This document shows positions 1 through 8,400 of a stretch of 19,788 nucleotides of DNA, piece after piece (within the stretch, counting starts at the first letter, position 1; every line of letters begins with the position of its first letter). A program made the position numbers and the translations under genes. Source of the stretch: Verrucomicrobiota bacterium (GTDB lineage Bacteria > Verrucomicrobiota > Lentisphaeria > Lentisphaerales > Lentisphaeraceae); contig JBDKFG010000080.1 in the NCBI GenBank assembly GCA_039798785.1, positions 1 to 19,788 of the forward strand. The letters are read 5' to 3'. Under the pieces are notes generated by a model. It ran no database searches. It worked only from the letters and a program-made list of their open reading frames with translations, and was not told the DNA's origin.

Positions 1-19
1 CCTCTAACGTCTTTTATCT

Positions 20-44
20 AATCCGACTCCGCCGGAACCGAAGC
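20..44 (+). repeat. 25-bp direct repeat, copy 1 (AATCCGACTCCGCCGGAACCGAAGC)
   Basis: Exact match to 19690-19714; contains a small internal inverted repeat TCCG...CGGA. Confidence 0.9.
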
Positions 45-65
45 CTGCGGCGCTGAACAAAGAAA

Positions 66-231
66 GGCAGGGCTGCCGCCCCGCACCCCGCTCGGGGACC
101 AGTCCCCGAACCCCGTAAGCATGGGCGTCGCTCCGCTCCTGCTGAGACAAACCGTAGCGACGGTTTTTCTCAGACTCTTTTCCGCCTTTTCCCGCCACCC
201 CTCCGGGATAGCTTTTTAACAAAGCCGGAGG
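66..231. repeat. Multi-hairpin non-coding element (REP/MITE-like or structured RNA)
   Basis: Inverted repeats GGCAG/CTGCC (66-77), TCGGGGAC/GTCCCCGA (92-109), CTGAGAcAAACCGT/ACGGTTTtTCTCAG (142-173) and CCTCCGG..GCTTT/AAAGC..CCGGAGG (200-231). Confidence 0.5.
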
Positions 232-237
232 CTCACC

Positions 238-315
238 ATGAACACCAGCATCACGCCCGCTTTCACCGACGCCGGCCTCGCCGACACGGGTTCACTGCCC
301 AATTTTGCCCCCTGA
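238..315 (+). CDS. Putative 25-aa small ORF (MNTSITPAFTDAGLADTGSLPNFAP)
   Basis: GGAGG Shine-Dalgarno at 227-231, 6 nt before the ATG; mostly G/C-ending codons; no recognisable homology. Confidence 0.3.
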   Translation: MNTSITPAFTDAGLADTGSLPNFAP

Positions 316-497
316 GACCAGTCCTGCCGAAGTGGAGAGCGAGATAGGTCGATTTTTTTGAGATTTCGCGCAGTGCGGCAAAGCCGGCGGGAGAACTCGA
401 GTCGAGCGAGTCATTTTTCACTTTCATCGCGTTCAATTCACGGGGAATTCACATTCGTGTCTGAGGGTAAAGGCATCACCACAAAGCAGGAGTTGCG

Positions 498-1073
498 ATG
501 AAAAACCCCAGTCTCCCGATAGCGGCCGGATGCAGCGGGATGGCCTTGATCCTTGCCGTGCTGGGCTGTTTCGCGTCACAAGCGATCACTCATCCTTGGC
601 AGCTGCTGCTTTGTCACCTCGGCATCGGTCTCGCCACGGTCTTGTTGGGGCTAGCGGGATTCGCTTTTATCAGCCATTTCTGGGTCGGGCAAAGACGCTG
701 GCATCCGGCGCTCTTGTTGATCATGCCGCTGCTCATTCTTGCGCCGCTGGCGATCCTTTTCGCTGTGATCTTCGTCTTTGCTCCTTATTGGGTCGATCTA
801 AGCAATCACCATGCCCAGGCCGTCACGCAAATCCGGATCCATGGCGGCGGCGTCGATCTCGCTTGTGGCGATCTCGCACCCGGCGCCAGTTTGAGCCGGG
901 TCTTCTGGATTCAAGGAGACGGTACCTTGAAAATGGAGGCGAAGATCGGAGGGAGGCTTATCGAAGAAGAAATCGACGGCTATGTCACCAGCGGTGTTGG
1001 TGGCGACCTGGAGATTGAGATGGATGACAAGGGTGTGCTCAAGGTCTGCTCCGAATCGGGGCGTGACTTATAG
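498..1073 (+). CDS. Hypothetical membrane protein (about 3 N-terminal TM helices, beta-rich C-terminal domain)
   Basis: 191-aa ORF with AGGAG RBS at 488-492; three hydrophobic stretches followed by a Gly-rich beta-strand-like soluble region (..DLAPGAS..GDG..GYVTSG..). Confidence 0.75.
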   Translation: MKNPSLPIAAGCSGMALILAVLGCFASQAITHPWQLLLCHLGIGLATVLLGLAGFAFISHFWVGQRRWHPALLLIMPLLILAPLAILFAVIFVFAPYWVDLSNHHAQAVTQIRIHGGGVDLACGDLAPGASLSRVFWIQGDGTLKMEAKIGGRLIEEEIDGYVTSGVGGDLEIEMDDKGVLKVCSESGRDL

Positions 1074-1155
1074 GCCGCGCTTGACCTCAACAGTAGAAGC
1101 CGCGGATTTGCTCATGCAAGCGACGATTGTTTCTGGCCATAAGCCCTTCTCCAAT

Positions 1156-1210
1156 GAAGTTTCCACACTCAATTACAGGCCAACTTTTTGGCCAATGAGA
1201 TGAAAACTTC
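1156..1210. terminator. Long imperfect hairpin between convergent genes (possible bidirectional terminator)
   Basis: Outer arms GAAGTTTCCA (1156-1165)/TGAAAACTTC (1201-1210); inner arms GGCCAA/TTGGCC (1178-1193). No clear U-tract. Confidence 0.3.
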
Positions 1211-1246
1211 GAGAGATGATGGATCCGTGGTTCTAATGTGGGGCAG

Positions 1247-1744
1247 TCAGCAGATGCGTTCGAAATCGACGAAGGTGAAGGAGTGCGCATGTTTGGCGTC
1301 GATTCCATGGGTTTGGCGACTCGTTTCGCGCCATTCGGTGAGGTCGACTTCAGGGAAGAATGCGTCGGCTGGCGGAGTTGCGTCGACGAAGGTGAGTCGA
1401 AGGGCATCGGCGAGAGGCAGTGCCTGGGTGTAGATCTGGGCGCCACCGATGATGGCGATTTTGGCTTCCATCACCAAGGCGTTGAGAGCTTGGTCGAGGG
1501 AGGGGAAGACTTCAGCCCCGAAGGCCTGGTAGGCCGGGTCGCGGCTGAGGACGATGTTACGGCGTCCGGGAAGAGGTGCGAATTTACCGAGGGATTCCCA
1601 TGTCTTTCGTCCCATCACCACCGGCTTCCCCAGAGTGATCTCCTTGAAGCGCTTGAGGTCATCGGGGAGGCGCCAGGGGAGCGAGTTATCCTTGCCGATG
1701 CCGCGATCGCTGCCGAGGGCGGCGATGAGGATGATGCGGCTCAT
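1247..1744 (-). CDS. folA: Dihydrofolate reductase
   Basis: Motifs [44 protein letters not shown] and DAFFP; 165 aa; start overlaps the thyA stop (ATGA). Confidence 0.97.
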   Translation of the reverse strand: MSRIILIAALGSDRGIGKDNSLPWRLPDDLKRFKEITLGKPVVMGRKTWESLGKFAPLPGRRNIVLSRDPAYQAFGAEVFPSLDQALNALVMEAKIAIIGGAQIYTQALPLADALRLTFVDATPPADAFFPEVDLTEWRETSRQTHGIDAKHAHSFTFVDFERIC

Positions 1745-2583
1745 ATGGCCACCGGGGCTTTGATGGCGGCGTGGCACTGGTAAGCTTCGAAGCTGATGTC
1801 TTCGAACTGGAAATCGAAGAGATTCCCGACTTCGGGATTGAGGCGGAGCCGGCAGAGCGGCAGCGGCTCGCGGCTGAGCTGGAGGCGGGCCTGCTCTTCG
1901 TGGTTGGAGTAGAGATGGAGGTCGCCGAAGCTGTGGATGAATTCACCAGCCTGGAGGCCGCTGACCTGGGCGATCATGTGGGTGAGCAGGGCGTAGCTGG
2001 CGATGTTGAAGGGGACGCCGAGGAAGATGTCGGCACTGCGCTGGTAGAGCTGGCAGGAGAGCCGGCCCTCCTGGATGTAGAACTGGAACAGGGTGTGGCA
2101 AGGCGGCAGGGCGACCTGGCCTTGCTCCTTCGGGTTCCAGCCGGTGACGATGAGGCGTCGGGAATCTGGATTGCGCTTGATTTCGGCGAGCAGCCAGCGG
2201 ATTTGGTCGATGCCGTCCTGGGCGTAGTTGCCGTCGGGAAGCAGAGTCGCGCCGAAATTACGCCATTGGTGGCCGTAGACCGGCCCGAGATCACCTTCCT
2301 GGCGGCCGAAGCGGGCGCATTGCTCGGCGCTGGCCCATTCGTCCCAGATGCTGACGCCCCTCTCCTTCAGCCATGCGTTGTCGGTGCGACCGGATAGGAA
2401 CCACAGCAGCTCGTGGACGATACTCTTGGTATGAAGCTTTTTGGTGGTCATCAGCGGAAAGCCCCGCCCCAGGTCGTAACGCACCTGGGCGCCGAAGAGC
2501 GAGCGGGTGCCGGTGCCGGTGCGGTCGGCTTTGACGGAGCCGTTTTCAAGGACATTGCGCAGCAGGTCGAGATAGGTTTTCAT
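1741..2583 (-). CDS. thyA: Thymidylate synthase
   Basis: Motifs DRTGTGT, ELLWF, LGPVYG.QWR, catalytic [19 protein letters not shown] and HLYSNH. Confidence 0.98.
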   Translation of the reverse strand: MKTYLDLLRNVLENGSVKADRTGTGTRSLFGAQVRYDLGRGFPLMTTKKLHTKSIVHELLWFLSGRTDNAWLKERGVSIWDEWASAEQCARFGRQEGDLGPVYGHQWRNFGATLLPDGNYAQDGIDQIRWLLAEIKRNPDSRRLIVTGWNPKEQGQVALPPCHTLFQFYIQEGRLSCQLYQRSADIFLGVPFNIASYALLTHMIAQVSGLQAGEFIHSFGDLHLYSNHEEQARLQLSREPLPLCRLRLNPEVGNLFDFQFEDISFEAYQCHAAIKAPVAI

Positions 2584-2697
2584 GCGGGGTGTAATCCTGT
2601 TTTCAATCCGGCAATCTAGTCCTCAAAAGTCGAAAGGCGAGTTTCTTCAGGAGTTCTTGGTGACGCGAAGCCGGCTTGATTCCCTTCTCCCGAAGGC

Positions 2698-2726
2698 TTG
2701 ACAAGGAGATGAATCAGGTTTATGTT
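2698..2726 (+). promoter_or_regulatory. Sigma70-type promoter of the IclR-sulfatase operon
   Basis: Perfect -35 TTGACA (2698-2703), 17-nt spacer, -10 TATGTT (2721-2726). Confidence 0.7.
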
Positions 2727-2740
2727 TCAAATATGAAACA
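2723..2740. promoter_or_regulatory. Palindromic operator TGTTTCA-N4-TGAAACA (probable IclR autoregulatory site)
   Basis: Perfect 7-bp inverted repeat overlapping the -10 and predicted +1; core TTCAAATATG is repeated at 2744-2753. Confidence 0.65.
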
Positions 2741-3542
2741 AGGTTCAAATATGGATTGGGAAGACTGTTCGGCTCCGGCCCTCGCGAGAGGCATCGAGAT
2801 CATCCGGCTGCTGCGACGGGAGACGATGAAGCTCGAGACGATTGCCAAGGCGACTGGTTTTCCCAAGGCGTCGCTGCTGCGTCTGCTAGATACCTTGATC
2901 GCCTGCGGAGTCGTCAGCCGTTCTCCCGAGAACCTGAGTTATTCTTTGTTGCAGGATCTGGCGCCCGTGGCTGCTGGTCGGATCGATTTTCCCGCGCGGC
3001 GCCAAGAGCTTCTGGAGCAGCTCAGCCGTTTGGCCGGCGCCACTTGCGAGTGGTATGAATGGCGGGATGGCGCTCCCGAGATCTGCGCCCGAGTTGAAGA
3101 TCTTCAAGCGGCCATCCGGGTCAAGGCGCAGATGGGCTTCCGTCGTCGGCTGGGCGACGAGCTGGAGGCGGTGGCCCAGGTCTTCTACAGCTTTTCGCCT
3201 CCTGGCCGGGAGAGGTTCTGGGTATGGAGCGACGGCGTCCAGCAGCAGCTCGGCAAGGCCGCTATTTCGGCGCTGTTGAAACAGGTGCGGGTGCGAGGCT
3301 GCGGGGTTGATGCCGACAGCAACATTCACGGCATCGTGCGGATTGCCGCGCCTGTTTGCGACGACGAGGGGCGTCTGCGCGTCATCCTGGCCATGGCGCG
3401 CCCTTTCCATTCCCGGATGAAACTTGGCGACGAAGAGTCATTGCGTTTGTTGCAGAAGACGACGGCGCAATTGAAAGAGATACTTCCTGCCGAGATTCCA
3501 GCATTTCCGAAGCTAGCGCAACCCCAACCCAAACTCAGGTGA
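2733..3542 (+). CDS. IclR-family transcriptional regulator
   Basis: N-terminal wHTH (APALARGIEII..L..IAKATGFPKASLLRLLDTL...G.V) and C-terminal effector domain (GIVRIAAPV.D..G). Start uncertain: ATG 2733 or 2751; the TTG at 2676 lies upstream of the promoter. Confidence 0.9.
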   Translation: MKQGSNMDWEDCSAPALARGIEIIRLLRRETMKLETIAKATGFPKASLLRLLDTLIACGVVSRSPENLSYSLLQDLAPVAAGRIDFPARRQELLEQLSRLAGATCEWYEWRDGAPEICARVEDLQAAIRVKAQMGFRRRLGDELEAVAQVFYSFSPPGRERFWVWSDGVQQQLGKAAISALLKQVRVRGCGVDADSNIHGIVRIAAPVCDDEGRLRVILAMARPFHSRMKLGDEESLRLLQKTTAQLKEILPAEIPAFPKLAQPQPKLR

Positions 3543-3546
3543 AATC

Positions 3547-5130
3547 ATGAAACGAAGGTCCTTTTTCTTCGCAGTCCTCCTTGCCGCCCTCGGTCTTGCT
3601 GCGGAGGAGACTTCCTCGTCTGCCGCCCCCAGGCCGCCCAACATCGTCTTCATCTTCAGCGACGACCACGCGCTGAAGGCGATCAGCGCCTACAAGGGGG
3701 CCCTGATCAAAACCCCCAACATCGACCGTCTTGCCGCGATGGGCACGGTCTTTGATCGGAGCTACTGCGCCAACTCGATCTGTGGTCCATCGCGCGCCTG
3801 TGTCCTCACCGGCAAGCATTCACACAAGAACGGTTACTTGAAGAACGACGGCCAGGCTCCCTTCGACGGCAAGCAGTTCACCTTCCCGCAGAGTCTCCAG
3901 CAGGCTGGCTATCAGACCGCCCTCTTCGGCAAGTGGCATCTCGATTCCGACCCCACCGGGTTTGACACCTGGTGCATCTACCCTGGCCAGGGTTGGTATT
4001 ACAACCCTCAATATTACGGACGCAATCCCCAGGGCGAGATCAAACGCCAAAAGGAGATCGGCTATTCCACCGACCTGACCACCGAGAAGTCTCTCGACTG
4101 GCTGAAGCAGCGCGACCCGAAAAAACCCTTCCTCCTGATGTGCCAGCACAAGGCCCCGCACCGCACCTTCATGCCCGCGCCCCGTCATTACAAATTGTAT
4201 GCCGACACCGTCTTCCCGGAACCTCTCACTCTCTTCGACGACTATTCCGGCCGTTCCTCCGTCCTGGGCAAAAACACCATGAGCATCGACCGTGATTTCC
4301 AATGGGAGTATGATCTCAAGGTGCACGGCGGACTGCCAGCCGGCCGGCCTGGGCAGCTGAAGAAGAAGGACTCGGAGATCGAACGCATGACAGCCGAGCA
4401 GAAGGCAGAATGGCTGGCCTTGTTCCGCGCCGAAAACGAAGATCTGCTCGGCAATCCGCCTCAAGGTCGCGACCTGGTGCGATGGCAGTACCAGCGCTAC
4501 CTGCGCAACTACATGCGCACGGTCGCCGCCGTCGACGAATCGGTCGGACAGATCCTCGACTATCTGCAAGCGGAAGGCCTGACCGAAAACACCATCATCG
4601 TCTACTCCTCCGATCAGGGCTTCTATCTCGGCGAGCATGGCTGGTTCGACAAACGCTGGATGTTCGAGGAATCCTTCTCCATGCCCCTGATCATGAGCTG
4701 GCCCGGCGTCACCAAGCCGGGGTCCCGTTGCCAGAAGATGGTTCAGAACATCGACTACGCCCCGACCTTCCTCGACGCCGCCGGCCTTGCGGTTCCCGCA
4801 GAAGTCCAAGGTCGCTCGCTCCGCCCCATTCTGCTCGATGACAAAGCCCCCTGGCGCGACTCGCTCTACTACCACTACTACGAAGATGGCGGCGAACACA
4901 CCGTGCCCTTCCACGAAGGCGTCGCCGGCAGCCGCTACAAACTGATCAACTTCTACGCCGACGGCGAAATCAATCTCTTCGACCTCGAAAAAGATCCCCA
5001 AGAACTCAAGTCGGTGCACGACGACCCCGCCTACGCCGAAGTCCTCAAGGAGATGAAAGCCAAGCTCGAAGCCCTCCGGACTCAATACCAGCTCCCCGAA
5101 CGCCCGACACGCGGCAAGAAGAGCAAATAA
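3547..5130 (+). CDS. Exported Cys-type (formylglycine-dependent) S1 sulfatase, N-acetylglucosamine-6-sulfatase-like
   Basis: Signal peptide; motifs PNIVFIFSDDH, TPNIDRLA, CGPSRA..LTG (CxPxR), GKWH, SDQG..LGEHGWFDKR and FDLEKDP.EL. Confidence 0.95.
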   Translation: MKRRSFFFAVLLAALGLAAEETSSSAAPRPPNIVFIFSDDHALKAISAYKGALIKTPNIDRLAAMGTVFDRSYCANSICGPSRACVLTGKHSHKNGYLKNDGQAPFDGKQFTFPQSLQQAGYQTALFGKWHLDSDPTGFDTWCIYPGQGWYYNPQYYGRNPQGEIKRQKEIGYSTDLTTEKSLDWLKQRDPKKPFLLMCQHKAPHRTFMPAPRHYKLYADTVFPEPLTLFDDYSGRSSVLGKNTMSIDRDFQWEYDLKVHGGLPAGRPGQLKKKDSEIERMTAEQKAEWLALFRAENEDLLGNPPQGRDLVRWQYQRYLRNYMRTVAAVDESVGQILDYLQAEGLTENTIIVYSSDQGFYLGEHGWFDKRWMFEESFSMPLIMSWPGVTKPGSRCQKMVQNIDYAPTFLDAAGLAVPAEVQGRSLRPILLDDKAPWRDSLYYHYYEDGGEHTVPFHEGVAGSRYKLINFYADGEINLFDLEKDPQELKSVHDDPAYAEVLKEMKAKLEALRTQYQLPERPTRGKKSK

Positions 5131-5139
5131 AACGCCAGG

Positions 5140-5167
5140 AACTCGAGACGGAAGTCTCGAGTTTTTT
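5140..5167 (+). terminator. Rho-independent terminator
   Basis: AACTCGAGAC-GGAA-GTCTCGAGTT followed by a T-run, 9 nt after the sulfatase stop. Confidence 0.85.
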
Positions 5168-5222
5168 CGGCCTGAGCAAGTCCAGACCAAGCTCATGACG
5201 AGGAGGTTTCCATCGTAGTTTT

Positions 5223-5292
5223 TGCCCCGGAGGGGCAGCCGGCAGAAAGCCCAGGGTGTAGTCCGAGGAACGAGGACAAACCTTGGGCTTTC
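5223..5292. repeat. REP-like palindromic element
   Basis: TGCCCC-GGA-GGGGCA hairpin followed by a GAAAGCCCAGGGT...ACCTTGGGCTTTC stem with an inner GTCC/GGAC stem. Confidence 0.6.
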
Positions 5293-5437
5293 CTTGCACA
5301 TTTTTTTGCTTGCGTCGCACATAAAAACCAAGAGGCGCAAAACCAAGAGCAAATCAGCCCATCCGCGCAGGAAACAACGGCGTTTTCGTTTAGCTTGAGG
5401 CACTCACTCCCTCACTCCCCCCGCTCGGAGCTCAACC

Positions 5438-8400
5438 ATGCGTCCCTTCAGCGCTCTTCTTCTCCTCGCCACCTTGAATCTCCACGCCGATCCCGAAGTG
5501 GCCGGATTCGAGGTGAAAGCGGTCACAAAACCGGGCACCACCAAGGCTGTCGGCGCCCTCAGTGTCGACTCGCAGGGACGGGTCATCGTCTGCGAAGTCA
5601 ATCGCTTTCGCAATGCCGTCGTCGACAACCGCGACTTCCTGCCCTGGGTCGCCACCGACCTGACCAATGACCATGTCGAGCAACGCCTCGCCATGTACGA
5701 AAAGTTCGAGAAGATCTACCCCCGCAAGGTGTGGACCGAAGTCGCCGACAGCCTCCGCGTCCTGATCGACAAAAATGGCGACGGCTTCCTCGAAGAAACG
5801 GGGCTGCTCGGCGATTTCCGCGAAGCGCTCGACGGCCCCGGCATCGGCGTCCTGGATCGCGACGGCGACTACTTCTACACCAACATCCCGCACCTGTGGA
5901 AAATCCGCGACGCAGACTACGACGGCAAGCCGGAATCGCGCCAGTCGCTGTCCTACGGCTGGGGCATCGCCGTCGGCATCTCTGGCCACGACATGCACTC
6001 GCCGATCTGGGGGCCCGACGGCAAGATCTATTTCTCCATCGGCGATCGCGGCTACAAGGTAAAAACCCAGGAAGGCACGGAGCTCTTCAGTCGCAATCGC
6101 GGCGCGGTTTTACGGATCAATCCCGATGGCTCCGGTCTCGAAGAAGTCTGCACCGGTTTGCGCAACCCGCAGGAAATCGCCTTCAACGACACCTTCGACT
6201 TGATCACCGTCGACAACAACGCCGACCTCGGCGACAAGGCGCGGGTCTACACCCTCATCGAAGGCGGCGACTACGGCTGGGTCGAAGGCTGGCAGGCCCT
6301 CACCACCTTCGGCGACGAGCTCTTCGGTCCCGAACGCGTGCCGCCCGCCTGGCTCAGCGAAAAGCTCTACGAAACCCCTTTCCCCGAACAGCCCTGGTGG
6401 GTCGTGCCCGCCTCCGGCATCGTCACTTCCGGCCCCTCGGGACTGGTCTACCTGAGCACCGATTCCCTCGGCGCCGAGAATCAAGGCAGCTTCCTGGTCT
6501 GCGACTTCGTCGGCTCCGCCGCCTCCGGCGTCCGCCGCTTCAAGCTCGAGCCCTTCGGCGCCGGCCACAAGATCATCGGCGGCGAAATGTGGCTGAAAGG
6601 CTGCAACAGCCCCGACATCACCCTCGATCTCAGCGGCAATCTCCTCGTCGGCGACTTCGGCCTCGGCTGGTCCGCCACCGACAAAGGCGGCATCTGGCAG
6701 GTCAGCGCCAAAAAGCCTTTGATCGCAAGTGCCGCGCTCTTCAAGACCGGTTTCCGCAATCTCGATCTGCCCAGCTTGGTGAGCGCGCTGGCCAGCGCCG
6801 ACATCCGGGTCCGCGACGAAGCCCAGGCCGAATTGGTGCGACTCCAAGCCAAAGACGAGCTGCTCAAACTGGCTTCCGGTGAAGGTCAAAAGGGCCCGGC
6901 CCTTTTTGCCCGTCTCCACGCCTTGCGCGGCCTCGGCCAGCTCGATGCGGTGACTGAACTACGCGGCTTCGTCAAGGATGTTCACCCCGAGATCCGCACC
7001 CAAGCCCTGCGCGCCTTGGCCGATGCGAAGTCCGCAAAAACCAGCGACTTCGTTCCCTCGCTTGAGGACGCCGAAATCCGGGTGCGTCAGGCCGCTCTGG
7101 TGGGAATGGCGAGAAAGCCGGATGATGTCTCTTATGATGCCAAGCTGGATGCTCGTTATGATATGAAACATTTTCAAACAGGTCTCGAGGACGCCGCCCT
7201 ACAAGCCTTGCTGAAGCGGATGACCAGCGAGGACATTCAAGATCCTTGGTTGCGAGCCTCGATCTGCCATGCCTTTTCCCGAATGTTGACCTCACCGCAA
7301 CGCAAGTTGCGCGCTTACGCACTCGATCATTTCATTTCGGCAGTGGCATGGGATAATCAAGGAGGTTCACGCATGGGACGTGGATATCGCTCCTTTGGTC
7401 AAGATCAATTGCGCGAAGCCTTCAAATCCGCGGCTTCCCGTCGCACTCTCGTGGTGGCACTCCGTCAGGCCCGCTCGCCTCTTCTCGCACGATTCCTTCG
7501 CGATTTGGCCCCCGCCGTCGTCGCCGAAGCCGTCGCCGCGATCAGTTTCGAGAATGTCGAAGAAGCCTTGCCGGCTCTCGCCGAGATCAGTGGCCCTGCG
7601 AGCAATAGTCAGCTCAGCGAACTCAACCAGGCTCGCGCTCTCAACGCCAATCTGCGACTGAACAATCTGGCCGGGGCGAAACGCCTGCTCGACGTCCTCG
7701 GCGCCGAATACGCGCCGCAATCCACCCGCCGCCTCGCCGGTTATCTCCTGCGTGGCTTCCTCAAGCCCTGGCCGATGGACCCCGTCGAAGGCAAGAAACT
7801 CGACTGGGTCAAGCGCCCAGTCGCGGAAGACGCAAAACCCTTGATTTTAGGCCGACTTCCCGCCATCCTGAGCAGCGCTCAAGGCGAAGCCCTCACCGCC
7901 GCCCTGAAACTGGCGGAAATCGCAGGACTTCAGATCGAGGCCGCCACCTTGGAGAAAATCGTCCTGAGCTCCAAAACCGAAGAAGCCAGCCGCCTCCAGG
8001 CCCTGGCGAACCTCGGCTCGAAAGTCAGTTTGGCCGCTCTGCAACAATTGGCCCGGGAGCCGAGTCCCTTGCTGCGGATTGCGGCGATAAAATCCCTCGT
8101 CGCCGAGCATCACGAGCAGGCTTTGCCGCTGCTCCTCGCCGCCCGTCAGTCCCAGGATTTGGCCGAACGCCAAAACGCCTGGAAAGGACTCGGCGCGATG
8201 AAGTCGACGGAAGCGATAACGGCGCTCCGGGAAGGTTTGACCGATCTCAAGCCGGATGTCGCTCTCGACATCTATCTCGCCGCCAAAAAACAGCCGACCC
8301 TTGCCGTCGAGGTGAAGGCCTTGGAAGACAAGCTCAACACCGGCCCGGCCGGTGTCTGGATCCTGGCGGCGCAAGGCGGCGATGCCGAGCGCGGCGAATC

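Noticed and set aside
238..315. sORF as a lasso-peptide precursor with AsnB as cyclase
   Set aside because: PxFxxxG..T only loosely resembles a lasso leader; the core has no Asp/Glu for ring closure; the AsnB keeps an intact glutaminase domain; no B1/B2 genes are present.
365..415. c-di-GMP-I riboswitch-like GGCAAA segment
   Set aside because: Lacks the GNRA-capped P2 stem and the following GCAAAGC element.
3820..5403. 527-aa minus-strand ORF
   Set aside because: Antisense shadow of the sulfatase caused by high-GC codon bias; no motifs.
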